NCBI GenBank assembly: GCA_041659465.1
Contig: JBAZYD010000001.1
Location: 4,281 to 68,280, forward strand
From: Candidatus Micrarchaeia archaeon
GTDB lineage: Archaea; Micrarchaeota; Micrarchaeia; Anstonellales; Anstonellaceae
DNA: 64,000 bases
Direction: 5' to 3'
The notes beneath the pieces are model-generated. The model was given only the letters and a program-made list of their open reading frames with translations, did no database searches and was not told the origin of the DNA. The position numbers and the translations under genes were made by a program. Numbering within the stretch: the stretch's first letter is position 1; every line of letters starts with the position of its first letter. Positions 20,501-28,267 of the stretch are shown here, piece after piece.

Positions 20501-23500
20501 GCGCGGCCGTAGGCAACTACACCGCGCGGTTGGGCACGCAGAATGCGAATGCCAGCTTTGACTTTTACCAGCTTGAGGTGCTGGGAGGGAACTTCAGCCT
20601 CCTGAACTTCAGCGAGCTCTCGCTGCTCACCGCGCCCGTGACCCATCCTGCCAACAGGAGCGCGCTCTACCTGTTCGATGCTGCAGCCGCCGGGATGAAC
20701 TACAGCGGCGCAGGGGTGAGGGTGAACTACACGCAGAGCCTGCCAAGCATAATTTCCGAGGTGGCCCTTGAGGCATGGCATTGCGGAAGCATTGGAAACT
20801 GCACAAGCATGTCAAGGGTGAATGCCACAATCGACACTGCGCTGCACACAGCCACGCTCAACCTGTCCGAAGTTTCAGGCGTGTACGGGATTTACCAGCC
20901 GCTCCTGTCCATCACCACCCCTGTGCAGGCGCCGCTGCCAGTGGTGGCAAGGTTCACAGCCAACAGGATAAACGCCGCCCAGAACGCCAATGTCACAGTC
21001 TACCTCGACCTGGAGATGGGCGCCAACCTGTCGCTTGCCAATGTAAGCGTGGCAAGGCCTTCGGGCGGCGTCCAGTTCCTCTCGAACAGCTCGTATGCCA
21101 ATGGCACCAACCACACCTACAACCTGACATATACGGTATACACGAATGAAAGCGGCACCTACTCGCTTTCCGCGTTTGTAAGGGACGTCTACGCGCAGAA
21201 CACCACGGCAAACGCGACATTCTTTGCAGCCGCCAACGACCTGGTGATGATTACATCGTACGGCCTGGACAACTCAAGCCTGATTGACCCGGGGACGGGC
21301 GCCGTTGCGCAGACCGGCGGGAATTTGCTTGCTGCAAGCCTGCCGCTTGGCAACTACACGTTTGCCGCAAATGCCTCGATTGTAAACATCACGCTGTACC
21401 AGCTGCAGGTGACAGGGGTGATGAATGGAATCAACCACACCAACCTGTCAACCTCGGCAGTGGCTGCGCCTGCGAACAGGAGCGGGCTTTGCCTCTTCAG
21501 CGCTGCCTCGCTTGCCGGCGCCGCCTATGGCAGGGCAAGCGTGGCGATAAGGTATGGAAGCCTTGTTGGAAGCATAGTGTCCGAGGCATCCCTTGAGGTA
21601 TGGCAGTGCGAAAGCGTGGCGAACTGCTCCAGCATGGAGCGGGTGAATGCCACAATCGACTCAGCGCTCCACACCGCCACGTTCAACCTTTCCACAGTTT
21701 CCGGCGTGTACGGGCTTTACCAGCCGCTGCACACGGTGAGCACCTCGGTGCAGGCAGCTGCGCCGCAGATAGCGCTTTTTGCGCCAAGCAGGGCAAGCCC
21801 AGTGAGGAACACCAATGTGACCGTGTACCTGAACGCCGCGCTGGGCGCCCAGCTGTCAAGCGCCGTGGTCACCGTAGCCAAGCCCTACAGCGGGCTGCAG
21901 ACGCTGGTGAACGCGACGTATTCCAACGGCACCAACTACACCTACAACTACACGTATGTCGTGTATGCCAACGAGCCCGACACCTACACGCTCACCGCGG
22001 TGGTGACGGACATCTATGGCCAGAACGCCACTGCCACAAGCTCCTTTGACGCGCAGTACAACACCAATGTGGTGGTGACCTCGTACGGCATGGAAGCCAC
22101 GCGCGTGGTGGACTCCGGGGTCGGCACTGCGCTTCTCTCGGGCGGCAACGTGCTTTCAGGCAGCATCCCCCCGGGAACATACACGTATGCCGCTGACGCA
22201 AGGAACGTAACGTTCACGCTTTTGCAGCTGCCGATAAGCGCAAGCCTGGCAGTGCTCAACTACACCAACTGGTCGGATTCCGCAATCCCCTCCCTCAACA
22301 ACAGGAGCACGCTGTATGTGTTTAGCGTCGGCAACCTGAGCGCGGGGTATTCGCATGCAAGCGCCGCGATAAACTACACCTGGCTTTCTGCAAGGGTGAT
22401 ATCCGAGCCATCGCTTGAGGTCTGGCAGTGCCCAAGCGTTGCAAACTGCTCGGGCATGTCAAGGGTGGATGCCGCAATCGACACGGCATCAGACACAGTC
22501 ACGTTCAACATGACGGATGTTTCCGGCGTGTACGGGCTTTACCAGCCGTCGCAGACCGTGACCCAGACAGTGCACGCAGGGCTTCCGGTAATAACCAGGC
22601 TTGCGCCAAGCGCATACAACACGCTTCTGGGCGAGAATGTCACCATCTACCTGGATGCCACCCTGAGCGTCAACCTGTCCTCCACCCTGGCAAGCCTGTC
22701 CTACCCGTCAGGGGCGGTTGCGAACCTGACCAACGTGACATTCGCCAACGGGAGCGGCTATGACTACAACTACACATATGCGTTCATTGCGAACGAGACC
22801 GGGCGCTATGGCATCACAGCAACAGTATACGACATATACGGCCAGAATGCGACCGCAAACGCCTCGGTGTGGGTGGCTGCCGCGAACGAGAGCGTGTCCA
22901 TTGCCTCGCCAGGGGCGAATTCCTCGCTCCTTTATGATTCGGGAATGGGCACTGCCGTGCTTTCAGGCAACTCCACCATGGAGGGGAACATCACCCCTGG
23001 GAACTACAGCGCGCAGGTCAATGCGTCAAGCGTGGCATTCAGCTTCACTTCGCTTGAGGTGCAAGGCGGGAACCACACCCTCCTGTCGTTTTCCAGCCTT
23101 GCAACAGGCAGCGCTACTGCGCCTGCCAACCGGAGCGAGATGTATGCGTTTTCCGCAAATGCGACAGGCATGGCGTTTGGCTCTGCGGGTATGGAGATAG
23201 ACTACTCGGCTTTGCTTGGCGGCGTGGTGTCGGAATCCGCGCTTGAGGTCTGGGCATGCGAAAGCGTGGCGAACTGCAGCAACATGACCAAGCTTTCCGC
23301 CGCCATCAACACGGCCTCCGATAAAGCCGTCGCGCAGTACTCGGCAGCATACGGGGTCTATGGCCTGTACCAGGCGTCCCAGACCGTCACAGTGACCGAA
23401 ACCGTGACCAATATAGTGCACCAGAGCAACACGAACACCGTGACTAAGGAGGTCAAGACAAACGTCACGGTTGTGAAGAACGTCCCTGTGCCATTCGAGG

Positions 23501-24234
23501 TCCCGGTAGAGGTGAGCGTGCCCTCCTACACCACGGTGCGGCTGCTCTCCGGCCCGCAAAGCGTGGAGATGCACCCGGGCGAAACCACCAATGTCGAGAT
23601 AACGGTGCAAAACAGCCTGGGCAAGGACATAGGCACGGTGACACTTACTGTGCAGCACGGGGACGGGGTGGAGGCGAGCCTTTCCAGGGACACGTTCACC
23701 CTTGCTTCGGGCGCATCGGAAAAGGCAATGCTTGCCATCAAGGCAAGCGCAGGCACAGGCAGCACGAGCGTGAGGATAGCCGCGGACGCGCCATCGATAA
23801 AGATAAAGGACGAGATGTCATTAGCGGTGATGGTGTCAGCGGGCCTTGAAAAGGACAAGCTCGCTGCGCAGCAGAAGATAGAGTTTGCAAAGAAGCTGAT
23901 AGCCGACAACCCCGAGTGCCTGGATTTGCAGGAGGGGCTTGCCAGCGCGGCGATGTACATAGGCAGCGGCAAGTACGCAAGCGCCGAGGCAAGGGCGCAA
24001 AGCACCATATCCAGCTGCTCGGGCATTATGGCGCTGCGCGGCAAGGCCGTCATCCAGACCGAGAAGGTGCCGCAGGTCGACCTTGCGGCAAGCCTGGCAA
24101 TACCTGTGGCGTTCATGGGGGCCGCAGGCGCAGCCGCCCTGGTGGTCTTCATGTTCGCAAAGAGCAGGGAAAGGAGGAAGCGGGACATAGGCAAGCGCAT
24201 TGCTGCAACCCACGGCAAGGGCAGCGCCCAGTGA
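14566..24234 (+). CDS. Giant (3222 aa) cell-surface protein. It has an N-terminal signal/anchor, a right-handed parallel beta-helix (PbH1 / NosD-like) repeat region, dozens of N-glycosylation sequons, five tandem ~276-aa Cys-pair repeats, and a C-terminal TM helix with a basic tail
   Basis: PbH1-type repeats such as ENNTIWS, SRNSITAS, SGNNVVSNASSGIYLYLSNYNTLESNNVTAVNNGIYLY lie at roughly aa 330-800. N-x-S/T sequons are extremely dense. Each repeated module carries LEVWQCESVANCS-M-RVNATIDTA...VSGVYGLYQP. The C-terminus reads ...AALVVFMFAKSRERRKRD. Confidence 0.85.
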   Translation: MSDSAQIGKACLSGNPEARGLSAHFSPFFVFFASLLLFSGAVHAACPGTVSADYNMTQNETATTTACIVAGTAGITVDCQGFTITLNGGSAVPAIDVNSQNITIRNCVIAETSATNVAWGALHLRATANNTTVTNTNISSAGHYAIYALSSYNSFTDVRALATTQNVGAVRFDASSFNHLANMVINKTATANTYALYWNTGDSNALDNVFADGSAAGTAKYGAYLNTFTNGNLTNCEFNSLTNYAVWLTGGSTGNNFSAPQINTSGTAAAHGFYIDLSSGNSISDASINSSGVGIYIVSSSGATNIQRAWINSTASSGIYIQASVASDANIINGSTVNALNYPLWVHQSSYNLVYNSTFISAAGHAFYTDTGTNGNVFVNNTFQSRFTTTGYYGMYFVSDSSYNLIENNTIWSPTYYAIYFGMSSSYNNISRNSITASANAGYGVTFAAIPADNNQVIENNIVANGFGIQIMGDYNNVSGNNVVSNASSGIYLYLSNYNTLESNNVTAVNNGIYLYTSTYNNITNSNYTTNSSYTAYLATNADYNRFAGNVFNQTSGTALDARIGTYIVTSNYNWFENGTIWTYGSDAVRVTTSANNNVFSNNIVYTNATNYYGVQVTTNCQYNQFNGNNITSEKGYGVLVTTTSKYNTFNGGFVDAYRQTGITVQTSSTYNNFSNMNVRTGINANGGYGLYLTGSANNNKFTNMTFASNATYCAYLYNVANNNEFSNVSFFSNTSIAIYMLQNVQGNVFRNFSATSNNTYALDLNGNGNVVNYNSFRHGYLQSNSTAGGTAALYLYNAVNYNNFTNMTITNLGGMGVYFYVAANNIFNNTTINAGPLTNAYGMQLQTLSQNNQLVNSVINTAAPIVSGGYDMVIGNLAAQPSSLVATNTSFDTMSGVNIPNVDTNSYLNLTWYLRANVSSLAGAPVEGTSVAIYNANGALVSNNATDSSGLTPWVAAMQYKQTQSGSGPYIYTLFYPYNFTATIGAVSMNDTLPTLTASTVKSISMNATACGVLSSDYTLTNPVYGGTDCFTAAAYGLTLDCNGYAVNYSRTGAGCGLAIGSFTNITARNCAFAQGAFNSSSSASVCLSSYANATIANSTFSTQGGANGYAFSLSDSFATALNDSFAYSSALVSGASLLHRKWYVSTNVTDLAGNQVMSASLNITDAQNTTIGPLAVSYGAASVPPLTQYMQGASGATYYSNYSFYSWVGNSNRTVQLNLTTNSVVSIPINASTCGVFTASMTLKNGIYSPGTCLVAGAHSLTVNCNGYSINYSQAGNGHYGIDTAGYNNIEAINCSFVSGNASAADSYAVYINNSADFRLHNSTVEGRAARLNTTSQAQFIGTRFDNGTVDYSDALSTLTSKQYAYVHAIGLAGESVNGSAVNATDAFGSVAASGTTDGNGTVTFLLTQFVQDLSGLVPYDPYNFTAAHPETQVVNYTYTPMNESKDVTIGLISANIAIDSPNAGQIFIQGDPVQGGPVNIVVNETRGQGWIDNVTVQVQGDPFNYTYQAVEVSPNQWGYNYTIDLSQVSATLTIVARGYNGTAFVSATRDFVVTRSSGSGVLPPVVSYFCPDYTYLKANSTENISISADLDTVLYSMSLNVTYPNGSSSLLSPIASSSGSDYVYNRTWQLSINQTGNYTLYATVTDVNGNNANSTRRIYSVPQNVTASLSANGPDALYMNDVCSGRTLFSGANLTGVSVAPGNYTMVAEEYGRAKLSFLDFNVTSASGVFLNYSRESAVGLLPPTNRRNVLLFSTHVLGGRFSSVDVRMNYSSEAGSLVAEYSLDAYACADFYNCTWSAMNYTLSVPAKIMNASVSNLSGLYGIFEPAYQDPIIIPINVVPPQVALLAPSPSYAIANSTITVYLNADLDANLSGAWVNITYPGGSAANLTNLTFSNGTGYTYNLTYSFVANETGTYYISARVNDTYHQNGTAIAQAHVLAAAQEVNITSYGVVSSLLLDQGIGATVLSGAGSMSGSAAVGNYTARLGTQNANASFDFYQLEVLGGNFSLLNFSELSLLTAPVTHPANRSALYLFDAAAAGMNYSGAGVRVNYTQSLPSIISEVALEAWHCGSIGNCTSMSRVNATIDTALHTATLNLSEVSGVYGIYQPLLSITTPVQAPLPVVARFTANRINAAQNANVTVYLDLEMGANLSLANVSVARPSGGVQFLSNSSYANGTNHTYNLTYTVYTNESGTYSLSAFVRDVYAQNTTANATFFAAANDLVMITSYGLDNSSLIDPGTGAVAQTGGNLLAASLPLGNYTFAANASIVNITLYQLQVTGVMNGINHTNLSTSAVAAPANRSGLCLFSAASLAGAAYGRASVAIRYGSLVGSIVSEASLEVWQCESVANCSSMERVNATIDSALHTATFNLSTVSGVYGLYQPLHTVSTSVQAAAPQIALFAPSRASPVRNTNVTVYLNAALGAQLSSAVVTVAKPYSGLQTLVNATYSNGTNYTYNYTYVVYANEPDTYTLTAVVTDIYGQNATATSSFDAQYNTNVVVTSYGMEATRVVDSGVGTALLSGGNVLSGSIPPGTYTYAADARNVTFTLLQLPISASLAVLNYTNWSDSAIPSLNNRSTLYVFSVGNLSAGYSHASAAINYTWLSARVISEPSLEVWQCPSVANCSGMSRVDAAIDTASDTVTFNMTDVSGVYGLYQPSQTVTQTVHAGLPVITRLAPSAYNTLLGENVTIYLDATLSVNLSSTLASLSYPSGAVANLTNVTFANGSGYDYNYTYAFIANETGRYGITATVYDIYGQNATANASVWVAAANESVSIASPGANSSLLYDSGMGTAVLSGNSTMEGNITPGNYSAQVNASSVAFSFTSLEVQGGNHTLLSFSSLATGSATAPANRSEMYAFSANATGMAFGSAGMEIDYSALLGGVVSESALEVWACESVANCSNMTKLSAAINTASDKAVAQYSAAYGVYGLYQASQTVTVTETVTNIVHQSNTNTVTKEVKTNVTVVKNVPVPFEVPVEVSVPSYTTVRLLSGPQSVEMHPGETTNVEITVQNSLGKDIGTVTLTVQHGDGVEASLSRDTFTLASGASEKAMLAIKASAGTGSTSVRIAADAPSIKIKDEMSLAVMVSAGLEKDKLAAQQKIEFAKKLIADNPECLDLQEGLASAAMYIGSGKYASAEARAQSTISSCSGIMALRGKAVIQTEKVPQVDLAASLAIPVAFMGAAGAAALVVFMFAKSRERRKRDIGKRIAATHGKGSAQ
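19900..23400 (+). repeat. Five in-frame tandem repeats (period ~825-850 bp, ~276 aa) inside the giant gene
   Basis: Conserved blocks start at ~19921, 20768, 21594, 22418 and 23247, each reading gag g(c/t)(a/c) tgg ca. tgc ... gtgtacgg. ctttaccagcc. Confidence 0.8.
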
Positions 24235-24311
24235 GTTTGGGGAAAATCCAGGATGGCATGGCAAGCCGCCGGGCATGGAGTTTCCAATATTATCGTTCTG
24301 GAGGGATTTGG

Positions 24312-25328
24312 ATGGCAATCGAGGCGAAAAAGGCAGGGGCAACCGAGCAGCACCTTGACAAGAAGACGGTCGAGAAATACTCCGAGAAGTTCGCAAAGAT
24401 AAGGGACGGCATGAAAAAGGCGGTCGTGGGCCAGGAGCACGCGGTGGACGCCATATTGCGCGGTCTCATCGCGAACGGGCACGTGCTCATCGAAGGGTAC
24501 CCAGGCGTTGCAAAAACCCTGATAATGATGAGCATGGCCACGCTCACGGGCTGCAAGTACAAGAGGATACAGTTCACGCCAGACATGCTGCCCTCGGACA
24601 TAACGGGCGTGACATCCTATTCGCCCGAGAAGGGCTTTTACACAATCAAGGGCCCAGTGTTCACCAACTTCGTCCTCGCCGACGAAATCAACCGCGCGCC
24701 GGCCAAGGTGCAGTCCGCGCTTCTCGAGGCCATGCAGGAGAAGAAGGTGACCATCGGGAGCACCACGTACGACCTTGACCTGCCCTTCGTGGTGCTTGCC
24801 ACGCAGAACAACATAGAGTCGCTGGGCGTATATCCCCTTCCCGCCGCGCAGCTGGACAGGTTCATGTTCAAGATAAACATGGGCTACCCCGAGCCCGTGG
24901 AGGAGCGGACGATATTGCGGCACAACATAACGTCCGCAACGTTCGAGTCGCTGGGCGTGGAGCCGGTCATGACGCCTTCCGAGATACTGGAGATACAGTC
25001 GAACGTGAAGAGGATATACTGCACCGAGGAGATAGAGGAGTACATCGTCTCCATAGTGCACGCGACAAGGGACCACAAGGGGGCGGGCATAGACCTTGGC
25101 AGGCATGTGGAGTACGGAGGGAGCCCGCGCGCGTCCATTGCCATCTACATGGGCGCGCAGGCCAACGCCATGATGAGGGGAAGGACGTTTGTGACCCCGC
25201 AGGATGTCAAGGATGTGGCGCACGACGTGCTGCGGCACAGGATAATCCTGAACTACGAGGGGCAGGCGGAGATGGTGAGCATCGACGCGCTGATAACCGA
25301 GGTGCTCGAGAAGGTAAGGGTGCCGTAA
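24312..25328 (+). CDS. MoxR-family AAA+ ATPase
   Basis: Walker A EGYPGVAKT, Walker B VLADEINRA, ...LATQN, and a C-terminal MoxR helical domain. Alternative start at 24258. Confidence 0.88.
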   Translation: MAIEAKKAGATEQHLDKKTVEKYSEKFAKIRDGMKKAVVGQEHAVDAILRGLIANGHVLIEGYPGVAKTLIMMSMATLTGCKYKRIQFTPDMLPSDITGVTSYSPEKGFYTIKGPVFTNFVLADEINRAPAKVQSALLEAMQEKKVTIGSTTYDLDLPFVVLATQNNIESLGVYPLPAAQLDRFMFKINMGYPEPVEERTILRHNITSATFESLGVEPVMTPSEILEIQSNVKRIYCTEEIEEYIVSIVHATRDHKGAGIDLGRHVEYGGSPRASIAIYMGAQANAMMRGRTFVTPQDVKDVAHDVLRHRIILNYEGQAEMVSIDALITEVLEKVRVP

Positions 25329-25356
25329 ATCGGAACATCAGGAATGGAAAAATCCG

Positions 25357-26256
25357 GTGCAGACCATGATGAAGCTAGATATCGACCCGAAGCCCAGGAT
25401 TGAGAACCTGGAGCTGACCACGCACAGGCTGGTGACGTCCAACTTCATGGGCGACTACCAGTCGGTGTTCCGGGGCAGGGGCGTGATTTTCGAGTCATAC
25501 CGCGAGTACAGCAACAGCGACGACGCGTCCGAAATCGACTGGAAGGCGTCCATGCGCTGCGGCAAGACCATGGTGAAGGAATACGTGGAGGAGAGGAACC
25601 TGGACGTGTTCTTCCTCATGGACTCGTCCTACACCATGGTGTTCGGCTCGCAAAAAAAGCTCAAGCACGAGTATGCCGCGGAGATGGTGGCGTCCATGGC
25701 GTTTGCGATACTTGACAGGGGCGACGCTGTGGGGCTGGGCATGTTCTCGGACAAAGTGCAGGGCTTCCTTCCGCCCGAAAGGGGGCATGCGCAGTACAGA
25801 AGGCTGCTGCGCGAGATAGCCAGGCCTGAGAATTACGACGGGCCATGCAACTTCGAGGCAGCGGTGCGCACCTGCCTGCAGAGGCTCAAGCCCCAGACGC
25901 TCCTCGTGCTTGTGACTGACGGGGTGAACATGGACGGGAACTGGCGCATACCCCTCAAGGTGGCGAACAGGAAGTTCGAGGTGCTGCTCATGCTGGTGCG
26001 CGACCCGCGCGACGACGAGCTGCCATCTGGGGTGGGGCACGTGTCGGTGGAGAACCCGAGCACGGGCGAGCAGATGCTTTTGGACACCGAGGGGATAAGG
26101 GGCGAGTATGCCGCCGCGGCAAAGGGGATACTGGACTCGAACATGGCGCTTTTCCACCACTGCGGCATTGCGGACGTGCCTGTCATGAGGACGGACGAGG
26201 ACTTCACCAAGCACGTGGTGGGTTATTTCCAGAGAAGGAAGATGCGCATGAGATGA
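25357..26256 (+). CDS. DUF58-domain protein (MoxR partner)
   Basis: FRGRGVIFESYREYSNSDDASEIDWKAS is the DUF58 core. It sits between a MoxR gene and a VWA gene, the canonical arrangement. Confidence 0.8.
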   Translation: MQTMMKLDIDPKPRIENLELTTHRLVTSNFMGDYQSVFRGRGVIFESYREYSNSDDASEIDWKASMRCGKTMVKEYVEERNLDVFFLMDSSYTMVFGSQKKLKHEYAAEMVASMAFAILDRGDAVGLGMFSDKVQGFLPPERGHAQYRRLLREIARPENYDGPCNFEAAVRTCLQRLKPQTLLVLVTDGVNMDGNWRIPLKVANRKFEVLLMLVRDPRDDELPSGVGHVSVENPSTGEQMLLDTEGIRGEYAAAAKGILDSNMALFHHCGIADVPVMRTDEDFTKHVVGYFQRRKMRMR

Positions 26257-26327
26257 TGCAGTGGCGGCGCATTGCCGGCATTTGCCATGGAAGGGAAAAT
26301 AGGATGACGTAATACCGGGGCAATCCA

Positions 26328-27266
26328 ATGGACTTCACATTCGAGCACAGCATTTACCTGCTTTTCCTCCTGCTTATCCCGCTCCTTGTCGCGCTGCACT
26401 TCTACAGCCTGCATTTCGTGCGCCAAAAAGCCATGCGGTTCGCGAACTTCGAGGCGCTTGAGAAGATAGTGCAGGCAAGGCAGGTGGTGCCGAACAACTA
26501 CCTCATACTTGCCATGAGGGCGCTCACGCTGGTGGGCTTCACGCTTGCGGCATCGGGAATCACCGCGCATTACCAGGCCCAGGCGTCAGCATACGACTAC
26601 ATAGTGGCCATGGACATCTCCAACAGCATGCAATCGTCCGACCTGCTGCCAGACAGGCTGGGGGCGTCGAAAGCTGCGGTTGCAGGGTGGGTATCCGCGC
26701 TGCCGCAGGGTACGCATGTGGGGATTGTCACGTTCTCCTCGCAGGCCAACCTTTTTGCAGAGCCGACAGGCGACCTGTGGATGGCCGCGCTCAAGACCGC
26801 GGGCATTATAGGGGACAGGAGCGGCGGCACGGCGATTTGCGAGGCCCTCAAGGCAGGCACCAACTGGCTTTCCAGCGCCAAGAACCCAGGCGCCATAGTG
26901 CTGGTTTCCGACGGGCAGAACAATGCCGGCTGCCTGCTTGAGGAAGGGATTGCCTATGCCAAGGGCAGGGGCGTGAAGGTGTATTCCATAGGGGTTGGAA
27001 GCGCCGCAGGCGGGGCGGTGGAAGGGCTCCCAGGCACTGTCTTCACGCTTGACGAGGCAGACCTGAGGAAGGTTGCGGACGGCACAGGCGGGGCATATTA
27101 CCGCGCATCCGACTCGGACGGCCTGAAGGCGGCGTTTGCCAGCCTGGTGGCGCCAGGCATGAGGGAGGAAAGCGTGCCGCTTGCCATCCCGCTCATGATG
27201 CTCTCGTTCCTGTTCGTGTTCATCGACTGGGGGCTTTCAATCTCAAGGTACAGGGCGATACCTTAA
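26328..27266 (+). CDS. von Willebrand factor A (VWA) domain membrane protein (BatA-like)
   Basis: N-terminal TM helices, a MIDAS-like DISNSM...SGGT motif, and a C-terminal TM. Confidence 0.8.
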   Translation: MDFTFEHSIYLLFLLLIPLLVALHFYSLHFVRQKAMRFANFEALEKIVQARQVVPNNYLILAMRALTLVGFTLAASGITAHYQAQASAYDYIVAMDISNSMQSSDLLPDRLGASKAAVAGWVSALPQGTHVGIVTFSSQANLFAEPTGDLWMAALKTAGIIGDRSGGTAICEALKAGTNWLSSAKNPGAIVLVSDGQNNAGCLLEEGIAYAKGRGVKVYSIGVGSAAGGAVEGLPGTVFTLDEADLRKVADGTGGAYYRASDSDGLKAAFASLVAPGMREESVPLAIPLMMLSFLFVFIDWGLSISRYRAIP

Positions 27267-27333
27267 GGGAAACGGCAGCCCAAGGAAAAAAACAGCCCAG
27301 CCTAAGGAGAAATGTTTGCTTCAGGCAAACTAA

Positions 27334-27906
27334 TCAGAAAATCTGGTGCAAAAGCAGCCTGAACTTGTCGGCCATGGAGAGCAGGAACTCGCGGTCGTTT
27401 CGGGGGATGTTCTCTGAGACGATTCCGGATATCTTCTTTTTCGTGGCGCCCTTGATGTGGTCGCCCTCGCTTTCCATTTCCGCGATGTACTGGTGAAGCA
27501 TCTTCTCCTGCGCGTGGCGCTTCTCCTCGGCAATCTTGCGGAACTCCTCGCAGCCGTATTCCATCATGGCAAGCTCGTCGAGGAATGCATTGACCTCGTC
27601 GCGAAGCGAGGGGGGGAAGTGCTTCTTGCTTGCTATCTCCTCCATTATCTCCTGGAATGTGACCTCGTACTTTATGCCAAGCGCCTCGCGGAAAGCTGCC
27701 TTCACAAGAGAGTAGAACTCCTTTGCCTTGAGGTGGACGTTCTTGTCAGTCACGGTGTCGCGGAGCTCCTGCAGCTGGGCGCTGAATTTCTGGACGGATT
27801 CGCGCTTCAGGCCGGCATGGTGCTCGGAAACCGGCTTTGGGGCCGGCTTTTTCCGCAGGAAGAAATTGAAAACGCCTTTGAGCATGGAATCACGTGGTTT
27901 TTCCAA
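27334..27906 (-). CDS. Hypothetical protein
   Basis: 190-aa ORF with plausible composition and no recognisable motif. Confidence 0.45.
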   Translation of the reverse strand: MEKPRDSMLKGVFNFFLRKKPAPKPVSEHHAGLKRESVQKFSAQLQELRDTVTDKNVHLKAKEFYSLVKAAFREALGIKYEVTFQEIMEEIASKKHFPPSLRDEVNAFLDELAMMEYGCEEFRKIAEEKRHAQEKMLHQYIAEMESEGDHIKGATKKKISGIVSENIPRNDREFLLSMADKFRLLLHQIF

Positions 27907-28064
27907 CAGATAACCGGTTGATGATTAAGCAGGGCTAGACTTTTAATGTTATCCATTGCCCCAACGTCGGGCGTGTTTTGTTTGGGACAGAAGCGCGCTG
28001 CGCGGCAGGCGCAAGAATGCGCTCCGGGGGGAACGGTTCACTCCCGGGGGAACACCGCGCCGCC

Positions 28065-28267
28065 GCAAGCCCTGCGCGCATGTGCTCCGCCGCCTTGCGC
28101 CGCGCCATTATGCATCTTCCGCGCCGCAGTTTTACCTGAATGGGCGCTCGTTCCTGCGCAGCCGCCGCCCGCTGCTGCAAGCCCTGCGCGTATGTGCTCC
28201 GCCATCTTGCGCCGCGCCATTATGCATCTTCCGCGCCGCAGTTTTACCTGAATGGGCGCTCGTTCCT
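28065..28267 (+). repeat. Tandem direct repeat, 2 x 91 bp (period 112 bp, ~97% identical), intergenic
   Basis: Copy A (28065-28155) and copy B (28177-28267) both read gcaagccctgcgcg.atgtgctccgcc...ttgcgccgcgccattatgcatcttccgcgccgcagttttacctgaatgggcgctcgttcct. Confidence 0.85.
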
